Positions 1-7,374 of a stretch of 64,000 bases of DNA are shown here, piece after piece. The notes beneath the pieces are model-generated. The model was not told where the DNA came from. It ran no database searches and saw nothing but the letters and a program-made list of their open reading frames with translations. Source of the DNA: a virus (taxonomy: Duplodnaviria; Caudoviricetes); IMG/VR virus record IMGVR_UViG_2515154161_000003, positions 34,636 to 98,635 of that record, one strand, 5' to 3'. The translations under genes and the position numbers were made by a program. Numbering within the stretch: the stretch's first letter is position 1; every line of letters begins with the position of its first letter.

Positions 1-6
1 CCCGTA

Positions 7-273
7 TTGAGCGAGGCAGGCCGGGCGGCTTTGGCCCAATGCGCGCAGATTGTCTCTGCGGAATCTGATCCGTGGGCACGTACATGGCGTGATGCCAGCC
101 GGGGCGAACGCAAGGTGCTGTTGCGGATTGCCGGTCTGCCTGAAGGCTGGGCCGACACGCATGCAAAGTGGGCCAGCATCCCGGAGGGATATCGGGCGCA
201 GATCAAACAGCGTGCGCGGGATATGAGCGCGTGGCTCTCCAGTGTGCTGACCAAGTCAGCCAGAACGAACTGA
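7..273 (+). CDS. Phage hypothetical protein (start uncertain, may be cut by the window edge)
   Basis: ORF ends 12 nt before the gpA start. Confidence 0.6.
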   Translation: MSEAGRAALAQCAQIVSAESDPWARTWRDASRGERKVLLRIAGLPEGWADTHAKWASIPEGYRAQIKQRARDMSAWLSSVLTKSARTN

Positions 274-285
274 GCGCCCATCGCA

Positions 286-2637
286 ATGATGCCACGTTCA
301 TCTTCCCTCATTGAGCAAAAGCGCCGTTGGGCTGCGGATACCCGCGCCTGGATGGCGGACATGCTCGCCCGTGTACCTGCCCTGTGGCAGCGCCGGGTGG
401 TGAGTGAGTATGAACGCCGGGCCAAGCAGCGCGAAGCGGACGGCAATCGCTGGTTGCGGGAAGTCACCGAGAGTATGCAGGGGCTGCTGTTGCCAATCTC
501 TGCCACCGACGACGATATCCGCGCCAGAGCTAAGGATCTGGCTGACCTGTGTCTGCGCACCTGTGGCGCAGTAACGAACGGCTCAGTGATCGCCCGTTAT
601 GAGAAAGCGGTGCGTTTCTGTGAATGCCGTGGAATAGAAGCCCCCGAATTGCGCTTGCCATCGGTGCTGGTGCCGCATGAGTTGGCCCGGCATTTGGGCA
701 AGCGCACCGTCTCCACCTCCTGGAACGATCTGCCCCAGGTGCAAGACTTTGAGCCTTGCATGCTGGCCGTCGTGTTGCCCTTGCTGGTGGCCATGCTGTC
801 CCTGGATGAAGGTAAAGACGCCAGCGCCTGGGATGATGAAGTGCCGGCCGCATCGCCCTCATGCTATTCGATTGAGCAACTGGTGGTGCTGGTAGGCCTG
901 GAGGCTGTCCGTGCCGCCCTCAATGAGGAAGCCGCCCCGGCGCTGGCCCGGATGATGGATGAATTGTGGTGGCGTCGGCGTCTGCGCGAGCAGCACGGGC
1001 GGCTTATTGAGCAACATGCCATCGGCCTGGGCTATGTGCATGCAAATGGCGAGAAGTACGTTTCTGATATTGCCTGCCTGCGACGCGATCAGCAAAAGCG
1101 CCGCAATGCCCAGGCGCTGGAAGCGGTGGATGTAGTCAATCAATATGGAGAATGTTTCTCCCTTGCCGATCTGGCCGAACGTTCAAACGCCAATCCACGT
1201 ATCCGCCGTAGCGAACTCATGACACGTATTGCCGGGTTTGAGGCGGTGGCACGAGACCTCGGGCATGTGGCGGAATTTGTGACGCTGACCGCCCCGAGTC
1301 GCTTCCATGCCAATGGCGGGGCGAACCCCCGGTATGACGGTTCCAGCCCCCGCGAGGCGCAAGCGTGGCTCTGCAAGACGTGGCAACTGATCCGCGCCTG
1401 GGTGGCTCGCCGGGGTATCCGCTTCTATGGTTTCCGGGTGGCTGAACCCCATCAGGATGGCTGCCCGCATTGGCATTTGTTGCTCTTCATGCCCAAGGAA
1501 GCGGTGGCGCGTTTCCGGGCGAAGTTTCGCCGCTATGCCATGCGTGTGGAAGCTGACGATATCGCCCTGCCCCCAACCGTGCAGGAGCTGGCCGCACAGA
1601 ACAAGGCCGATGGAATGAAGCGTGGCTTTGCAAAACTCGCCCGCGAGCAGTTTGCCCAGGCCGCCCACCAGTACAAAGCGGCTATCCGCCAGCGTGAAGA
1701 GGCCGACCGTGACCGCAAGCTGCACGGCTGCAAGTTTGTGTCAGTAGAGATGAGCGCCACCAAAAGCGCGGCTGGGTATATCGCCAAGTACATCAGCAAG
1801 AACATTGACGGCTACAACGTGCAGCTTGATCTGTATGGCCATGACGCAGTGGAAGGTGCAGCCCGGATTGAAGCTTGGGCCGCCACCCACAACACCCGCC
1901 AGTTTCAGCAGATCGGGGGCGCCCCGGTGGGGGTGTGGCGCGAACTCAGAAGATTACGCGAAGCCGATGCAGAGGCCACCGACACATTGGAAGCGGCCCG
2001 CGCTGCCGCCGATGTGGGCGCCTGGAGCGAATACACCACGATTCAGGGTGGCCCGACCGTAGAGCGCAAGCACTTGCGCCTGAAGCTGGCCAAGACCCGC
2101 GAGGGGGAACGCTGGGACGCGGCCAATCAATGCCCGGCCCCGGTACTGCCTGGGCGCTACGGTGAAGACCCCGGCCCGGCAGTGTTCGGGGTGATGGATC
2201 GGCTCAAGGAACGCTCAGTGATCACCCGGTTTTTGAGCTGGACGGTGCAACGCCAGCCCACCAACACCCGCCCAGCGCAAGGCATCAAACAAAGCGCAGG
2301 CCAGCAGATGGTCAGCGATACGACAAACGCATGGCGCCTGCCGCCCGGCAAGGGTGAATCCCCTGTGGCTTGGGTTTATGGGAGTGCAGAGAGCGCAGGG
2401 CTTGAAGGTTTTGGGGTGGATGTTGAGGAATTGGGGGTTGGGGGTTTTGGGGTTCCTTGGACTCGTGTCAATAACTGTACGGCCCCCCGAGTTGGGGAGG
2501 CGGAAAGCGAAGGGGTGAATGATGAAATCGACCGCTTTGAACCTGCCAATTTCAAGGCAGACCATGACGATTGGGAGCAATACGACCGGGCAGTCGGTTT
2601 TTTATACCCCGGTGGCGGTGGTGAGTACCTGGATTAA
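286..2637 (+). CDS. P2-type replication endonuclease (gpA, HUH rolling-circle initiator)
   Basis: Motifs WWRRRLR, NPRIRRSELMTRIAGFE, FVTLTAPSRFH, HUH region EPHQDGCPHWH, catalytic GYIAKYISKNIDG, RQFQQIGG. Confidence 0.95.
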   Translation: MMPRSSSLIEQKRRWAADTRAWMADMLARVPALWQRRVVSEYERRAKQREADGNRWLREVTESMQGLLLPISATDDDIRARAKDLADLCLRTCGAVTNGSVIARYEKAVRFCECRGIEAPELRLPSVLVPHELARHLGKRTVSTSWNDLPQVQDFEPCMLAVVLPLLVAMLSLDEGKDASAWDDEVPAASPSCYSIEQLVVLVGLEAVRAALNEEAAPALARMMDELWWRRRLREQHGRLIEQHAIGLGYVHANGEKYVSDIACLRRDQQKRRNAQALEAVDVVNQYGECFSLADLAERSNANPRIRRSELMTRIAGFEAVARDLGHVAEFVTLTAPSRFHANGGANPRYDGSSPREAQAWLCKTWQLIRAWVARRGIRFYGFRVAEPHQDGCPHWHLLLFMPKEAVARFRAKFRRYAMRVEADDIALPPTVQELAAQNKADGMKRGFAKLAREQFAQAAHQYKAAIRQREEADRDRKLHGCKFVSVEMSATKSAAGYIAKYISKNIDGYNVQLDLYGHDAVEGAARIEAWAATHNTRQFQQIGGAPVGVWRELRRLREADAEATDTLEAARAAADVGAWSEYTTIQGGPTVERKHLRLKLAKTREGERWDAANQCPAPVLPGRYGEDPGPAVFGVMDRLKERSVITRFLSWTVQRQPTNTRPAQGIKQSAGQQMVSDTTNAWRLPPGKGESPVAWVYGSAESAGLEGFGVDVEELGVGGFGVPWTRVNNCTAPRVGEAESEGVNDEIDRFEPANFKADHDDWEQYDRAVGFLYPGGGGEYLD

Positions 2638-2737
2638 AGCAGCCCCACGAGATATCGACGCCCTGATCGGGGCAGTCGGGGTGATCGGCTGCGCGGTGGG
2701 TTTTGCTATTTCATTAGTTGAACGGGTGTGGGGGTAA
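2621..2737 (+). CDS. Small membrane protein (~38 aa)
   Basis: GTG start overlapping the gpA end; single hydrophobic segment LIGAVGVIGCAVGFAISLV. Confidence 0.5.
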   Translation: MSTWIKAAPRDIDALIGAVGVIGCAVGFAISLVERVWG

Positions 2738-2740
2738 GAC

Positions 2741-2929
2741 ATGCAAATACGGCCCACCAAAGCACCCGCCATGGAATGCGTGAAAAAGGCTCTTGTGCAC
2801 ATCGACGATCTTCAGGAAGCAGTCAGCCGCGCAAAGGATGCAAGGTTCCCTGATCAACTAACAGACGCGATCAGGTCGATGGAATATTTTCTGGCACTCA
2901 CCAAGCAAGCAGCCGAACGTCAAAAATGA
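2741..2929 (+). CDS. Phage hypothetical protein
   Basis: Operon-packed ORF with helical amphipathic sequence. Confidence 0.6.
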   Translation: MQIRPTKAPAMECVKKALVHIDDLQEAVSRAKDARFPDQLTDAIRSMEYFLALTKQAAERQK

Positions 2930-2981
2930 AGTTCCCATATGCCCGCCCCCGACTGAACACTTACAAACACTAGATTGCTCA

Positions 2982-3266
2982 ATGCCTGCTGTTAGATTTG
3001 TAACCATCGCTAAGTTCTCTACCGAATCAGGATACTCTGAGGATGCGGTTCGGACTAAAATGCGTGACGGAATCTGGCTAGAAGGAGAAGTTTGGGTGAA
3101 GGCACCCGATGGCCGGGTTCTGGTTGACATTGAGGGTTACAACGAATGGGTAAGCAGTTCGATGGTGTTCGCGCGGGTTCGGCCAGTACGGTCGAAATCG
3201 ACTTCTACTATGCGGGCGAAAGGTGCCGCGAACGGATCAAACTTGAGCCCACCCCCGCTAACCTAA
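2982..3266 (+). CDS. xis: Excisionase (Xis/RDF), overlapping int
   Basis: RFVTIAKFSTESGYSEDAVRTKMRDGIWLEGEVWVKAPDGRVLVD; homologous to the ORF at 57959. Confidence 0.85.
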   Translation: MPAVRFVTIAKFSTESGYSEDAVRTKMRDGIWLEGEVWVKAPDGRVLVDIEGYNEWVSSSMVFARVRPVRSKSTSTMRAKGAANGSNLSPPPLT

Positions 3267-4408
3267 AACGGGCAGCCCTTCATCGCGCTGCAATCCTTGA
3301 CTCGATCTCTCGCGGCGAATTCGACTATTCAGTCACCTTCCCCAATAGCAAAAATGCCGCTCGCTTTGCCAAAAGCAAGGGGGCGCTCACCACGATCGCA
3401 TCCTTTCTTGATGACTGGCTGGAACGAAAAGCCAAACAACTCAAAGCATCCACCTGGGAAGACTATCGTAAAACGGTCAATGGCCACCTGATCCCAAAGT
3501 TCGGTGCGCTGTCTATCGGGGAGCTGGATAGGCAAAAGGTTCGGGAATGGTGCGCAGGCCTGGACGCCAGCAACAAACGGATAGGCAACATTCTTTCCGT
3601 TCTCCGCTCTGCCCTGGCAGAAGCTGAAGAGGATGGAATCATTGAGGCCAACCCGATTGCAGGCTGGAACTATCGAAAGGTGGAGCCTCCCAAAGAAGAG
3701 GAAGACGTCGATCCATTCACGGCAGATGAGCAAAGTTCCATCCTGGCCGAACTGTCTGGCCAAGGCAGGAACCTTGTTCAATTCGCCTTCTGGACCGGTT
3801 TGCGGACAAGCGAATTGGTTGCGCTGAATTGGGCAGACATTGACCTTCGCGCTGGCGTGGTGAAGATCCGCAAAGCGACTACCCAGGCAGCACATCGAAG
3901 AGCCAAGGCTGTTGCCGCCGCAGAGGCTCTCAATTCGGTTCCTGAAGGCGGAATCGAACCGGCGTCCCAAATAGTGGAAACAACCAAAACCGCATCAGGG
4001 CGCCGCGATGTAAAGCTGTTGGCTCCAGCGCTGGCCGCCATTCAAGCGCAGAAGGAACACACTTGGCTGAAAGGTGAAGAGGTTTTCCAAAACCCGCGAA
4101 CCGGTGAGCGTTGGACGGGCGACCAGCCAATCCGCAAAACGCTCTGGACGCACGCACTTAAGCGTGCAGGCATCCGTTACCGGAACCCCTACCAGACCCG
4201 CCATACCTACGCGTCTATGCTGCTATCGGCTGGGGAACACCCAATGTGGGTTGCGCAACAGATGGGGCACAAAGATTGGGGAATGATCCGGCGTGTCTAT
4301 GGGCGCTTTATTCCAAGCGCAGATCCTGGGGCAGGAAGCCGGGCGGAACAGGTATTTGGTCAGAGTCTTGGCCACGACACGCGTAGATCAGGCACGGATA
4401 ACCACTGA
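3146..4408 (+). CDS. int: Tyrosine integrase with N-terminal arm-binding domain
   Basis: TGLRTSELVAL (R), TKT (K), YQTRHTYAS (Y/HxxR), QMGH, VYG (catalytic Y). Confidence 0.95.
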   Translation: MGKQFDGVRAGSASTVEIDFYYAGERCRERIKLEPTPANLKRAALHRAAILDSISRGEFDYSVTFPNSKNAARFAKSKGALTTIASFLDDWLERKAKQLKASTWEDYRKTVNGHLIPKFGALSIGELDRQKVREWCAGLDASNKRIGNILSVLRSALAEAEEDGIIEANPIAGWNYRKVEPPKEEEDVDPFTADEQSSILAELSGQGRNLVQFAFWTGLRTSELVALNWADIDLRAGVVKIRKATTQAAHRRAKAVAAAEALNSVPEGGIEPASQIVETTKTASGRRDVKLLAPALAAIQAQKEHTWLKGEEVFQNPRTGERWTGDQPIRKTLWTHALKRAGIRYRNPYQTRHTYASMLLSAGEHPMWVAQQMGHKDWGMIRRVYGRFIPSADPGAGSRAEQVFGQSLGHDTRRSGTDNH

Positions 4409-4419
4409 CCGGAAAAAAT

Positions 4420-4710
4420 TTAGTCAGCCAAAGCCCGCATAGCGGCTTCAGGTTCGCGTTCAACCACCTGCAACAAGGCCAGCGCTGCGCCCGTAGGGTG
4501 CCGTCTGCCTTGTTCCCAATTGCGCAACGTCTTGGGACTCACCTTCAGGCGTTTTGCAAATGCATCCTGGGTCAAATTTGTCTTGCTGCGCAGCAGGGCG
4601 ACATCGGGAACTTCCACTGTAGTAACCCGGCTGGCGGCCTTGGTGCCCTTCTTGATGGCCACAGCTTCCTTGGCACTTTCAAGCAGTGCATCGAATAGTT
4701 TAGCTTCCAT
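4420..4710 (-). CDS. higA: HigA/Xre-type HTH antitoxin
   Basis: LTQDAFAKRLKVSPKTLRNWEQGRRHPTGAA HTH; downstream of and overlapping the toxin. Confidence 0.9.
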   Translation of the reverse strand: MEAKLFDALLESAKEAVAIKKGTKAASRVTTVEVPDVALLRSKTNLTQDAFAKRLKVSPKTLRNWEQGRRHPTGAALALLQVVEREPEAAMRALAD

Positions 4711-5032
4711 CGTCCAACTCCTTAATAATGCTCTTCAATGCGTTGCGCTGGGCTTTGCTCAGGTTGTCCTGCTCAGACTTCGGGTAAATCACCAGCATAA
4801 AGATTTGCCCATCTTGTTTGGCGTAGTAGTAGATGGCTCGCACACCGCCACTCTTGCCCTTCCCCCTGGCGCCGTGGCGTACCTTCCGTGCCCCACCAGT
4901 ACCTTCCATTAGGTCGCCAGTTTCCGGGTTATCAATCAACCGCCGCTGCAGCTCGCGGTATTCGTCATCCGTCAGCAGCTCCTTCACCTGGGCCGTAAAG
5001 ATGGAAGTTTCAATAAAATGAAAAAGGGCCAT
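4700..5032 (-). CDS. higB: RelE/HigB-type toxin
   Basis: FIETSIF...NPETGDLMEGTGGARKVR...GKGKSGGVRAIYY...IYPKSEQDNL; toxin-first gene order. Confidence 0.9.
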   Translation of the reverse strand: MALFHFIETSIFTAQVKELLTDDEYRELQRRLIDNPETGDLMEGTGGARKVRHGARGKGKSGGVRAIYYYAKQDGQIFMLVIYPKSEQDNLSKAQRNALKSIIKELDDGS

Positions 5033-5038
5033 ACCCTG

Positions 5039-5067
5039 ACTATGTACGCCAATGGCGCACATGTCAA
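5039..5067 (-). promoter_or_regulatory. sigma70 promoter of the TA operon with an overlapping palindromic operator
   Basis: TTGACA-17-CATAGT on the minus strand; imperfect palindrome ATGTACGCCA-A-TGGCGCACAT (5042-5062) covers the spacer. Confidence 0.75.
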
Positions 5068-5164
5068 CTGCAGCCTGTTTTTGAGTGCTGGAGCGGTTTC
5101 CAGCCAGCCAATAGTCAGGTTTTGGTCAATATTTCCGCTAGATCAAGCATAGGCGGGGCTTAGC

Positions 5165-5192
5165 GCGGGTTCGATTCCCGCCGCCTCCACCA
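5165..5192 (+). repeat. tmRNA (ssrA) 3'-end fragment, att core between the two elements
   Basis: GCGGGTTCGATTCCCGCCGCCTCCACCA is a T-arm plus acceptor strand with CCA of tmRNA type; no 5' body of the gene upstream. Confidence 0.85.
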
Positions 5193-5262
5193 CTAACTCA
5201 TTGATTTTAAAGAAATCAAATCAAACAAGCTGCACCAAAACATGCGGGTTTTAGCGTAGTAA

Positions 5263-5284
5263 ATGCAGCTTTTATGCAGCTTTT
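5263..5284 (+). repeat. Tandem 11-bp repeat, probable integrase arm-type sites
   Basis: ATGCAGCTTTT x2, plus an inverted partial copy AAGCTGCA at 5227-5234, 35-90 bp from the att core. Confidence 0.6.
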
Positions 5285-5419
5285 TTATTACTAAAGAAGT
5301 AGCCTCAGACGTCTGGCGCGACTGCCATTTCCTAGAGCAGCCGCCATCTCTCGGTTTTTGAAAGCCGTCTTTACCGTCAGACGGAGCGAAGAGCCCACTG
5401 CTATGCGGCTCCCTTCCGC

Positions 5420-6037
5420 TCACCACAGAGCGACGGCCAGCCACACATGGTCAAAGTCGTCGGAGCACGTGCCGTTCAGGCTCGCAACCTTTCCTGGTCT
5501 GGCGACATTGGTCAAATCCCCATCATCAAAAGCTTCATCAACCGCTTTTGCAAGAAAACATGGCGTGTTCTGCATCAGCAACACATTGTGAACATCAGCA
5601 CGCAGCAACGTGGAACTCACGCTGCCCCCGTAAGCCGTTACGGCACCGTCTTTCGATATTACGCTGATAGCGATTTCAGAATATTTGGACGAAAACAAGT
5701 TCGGCTGAGCTAAGTTGGCGCTTACGAGGTGTTCAAACACGCAGGCACTTTCATCGGCACTGATAAGCCCATCACCATTGCCCTTCTTACATGCGTCACT
5801 AACATTGGGGATTTCATTCGTCACAGGAAAATCCCCAGGCAAGAAGCGGTAGCGATCCCGAAATAGCGCTACGGCGGAGCGGATTGAAGCAACCTGCCCA
5901 ACAAACGCCTTCTTATCACCTTCCTTGATCAGCGCCTGACCGCCCAACACGACCGACCCCAGCAACACCGCCACAATACTCAACACAACAGCGATTTCGA
6001 CCAGCGTGTACCCGTGCTGTGCAAGACGTTTGGTCAT
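5420..6037 (-). CDS. Prepilin-type (type IV pilin / T2SS pseudopilin-like) protein
   Basis: QHG|YTLVEIAVVLSIVAVLLG class III signal; YRFLPGD after the helix; Cys pairs. Confidence 0.85.
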   Translation of the reverse strand: MTKRLAQHGYTLVEIAVVLSIVAVLLGSVVLGGQALIKEGDKKAFVGQVASIRSAVALFRDRYRFLPGDFPVTNEIPNVSDACKKGNGDGLISADESACVFEHLVSANLAQPNLFSSKYSEIAISVISKDGAVTAYGGSVSSTLLRADVHNVLLMQNTPCFLAKAVDEAFDDGDLTNVARPGKVASLNGTCSDDFDHVWLAVALW

Positions 6038-6234
6038 TTATTGAACTCTCTCCAAAGGCAACCAAACAATACAACACAATGCCCCGAGGTATAGGCCGCA
6101 AGTAGCGAGCACAAAAAACCGACGTAAAGCGGCACTGCGCGGAATAGCGGAGAGCACGCGAATAATCCGAAAAACATGCATGCCAACGGCAGCGTAAGCA
6201 ACCCGGCCAACAACATCCTACGAGGTAAAGTCAT
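6034..6234 (-). CDS. Small two-TM membrane protein
   Basis: Two hydrophobic segments; 4-bp ATGA overlaps with both neighbours. Confidence 0.65.
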   Translation of the reverse strand: MTLPRRMLLAGLLTLPLACMFFGLFACSPLFRAVPLYVGFLCSLLAAYTSGHCVVLFGCLWREFNK

Positions 6235-7325
6235 GGTGGAAATCCTGTTCGGGCGAATACGGCTTTAAGCTCATCTGTCGTAATCCGGCACGTCATCGGC
6301 CCTGTCGCGCTCGTTACACTCTGCGCGGTTACTAACTCAGTATCACAAAGGGCAACGTACGAAGTAGATTGCGCAATAGCAGTGTTGGCAGATATTTCAC
6401 ATTTGAGGGGTGTAGAACTTGTTGGGTCTTGAATAAAGACTGTGTAGTCATTATTGGGACTTATGTTGTAACCAACCACAGGCCCGGACGCGGAGGCGGG
6501 TACATAGTTTGCCAAACCTACAGAAATCAGCTTGTCTTTAATATCTTGGCAGGCTTTGTTGAATGTAGCGACAGGGGCAGAGAGCACCCCTTGTGCATAG
6601 AGAGGGGTGACAAGGTCATCCCGTAAAATCGGGAACACGTAGTCATCAAATGTATCAGTGAGATCCCGTTTATAACAAACCCGCAAGCCAGTGCTATCGC
6701 GTTGGACACAGCCATCTTTGTTAGCCTGCTTGTAGGTATCCCCTGTACTAATAGCGATGGTCGTATTTTTTGTGGTGTATGCCCCCTCCCCACTTGGCCC
6801 GTGGGAAATAAGCACAGCCACCGCTGGGTTCGGTGTTCCCGATCCGTCATCAACCTTTATATCTTCTGTGCTCGCACCAAGCAGATGTTGCTGCATAACC
6901 CAGTCTCGCGGGTAAAGAAGCTGGGGGGTTGTTGCATTGTCGCTGGACACAACGTAAGTATAGAAATTGCCCCAACCATCCAGGGCCATTTCTTGAGTCA
7001 GCCCAAGGGTTGCATACGGAACCACCCCCGCTTTCACTCCGGCCCCTTCACCAACTCCGCAAGAATTCTTTGCACTAGCTTCCGTACTGACCGGTATCGA
7101 ACTCTCCACCCCGGCGGCATCTGCCGCAGGGCAAGGCAAACGACCATGATCCCGTAGATAGCCAAGCAGTGCTGTTTTCACTGTAGCTTGCCGCGAATAC
7201 GTTGTCGCGCTGGTGACATGCTGCAAGAACGTCGCTCCTCCTGCTATGAGCAAGCCAAGCATCGCCCCCATAATCACCAGGACGACCGCTATCTCGACGA
7301 GGGTAAAACCGCGCTGTCTGTTCAT
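6231..7325 (-). CDS. Large prepilin-type (pseudopilin/minor pilin-like) protein
   Basis: RQRG|FTLVEIAVVLVIMG class III signal; GRLPCPA, GVVPYATLG, DGWGN, AVLISHG. Confidence 0.85.
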   Translation of the reverse strand: MNRQRGFTLVEIAVVLVIMGAMLGLLIAGGATFLQHVTSATTYSRQATVKTALLGYLRDHGRLPCPAADAAGVESSIPVSTEASAKNSCGVGEGAGVKAGVVPYATLGLTQEMALDGWGNFYTYVVSSDNATTPQLLYPRDWVMQQHLLGASTEDIKVDDGSGTPNPAVAVLISHGPSGEGAYTTKNTTIAISTGDTYKQANKDGCVQRDSTGLRVCYKRDLTDTFDDYVFPILRDDLVTPLYAQGVLSAPVATFNKACQDIKDKLISVGLANYVPASASGPVVGYNISPNNDYTVFIQDPTSSTPLKCEISANTAIAQSTSYVALCDTELVTAQSVTSATGPMTCRITTDELKAVFARTGFPP

Positions 7326-7332
7326 GCAGGTA

Positions 7333-7359
7333 TGGTAGCGCAAAACCTCTGCGCTACCA
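7333..7359. promoter_or_regulatory. Perfect 10-bp inverted repeat directly upstream of the pilin operon
   Basis: TGGTAGCGCA-7nt-TGCGCTACCA; overlaps a possible -10 (TACCAT) 6 nt before the ATG at 7325. Confidence 0.5.
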
Positions 7360-7374
7360 CCCTACCCCCAGCCT

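Larger units (their letters stand above)
1..5192 (+). mobile_element. Right end of P2/phiCTX-like prophage (rep A, xis, int, TA, att)
   Basis: P2 gpA-type replication gene followed on the same strand by xis/int, ending at a tmRNA 3' fragment; the left part lies outside the window. Confidence 0.8.

Noticed and set aside
5100-5192. Complete tRNA or tmRNA gene
   Set aside because: Only the T-arm and 3' acceptor strand are present; no matching 5' acceptor strand or D-arm upstream, so it is called an att fragment
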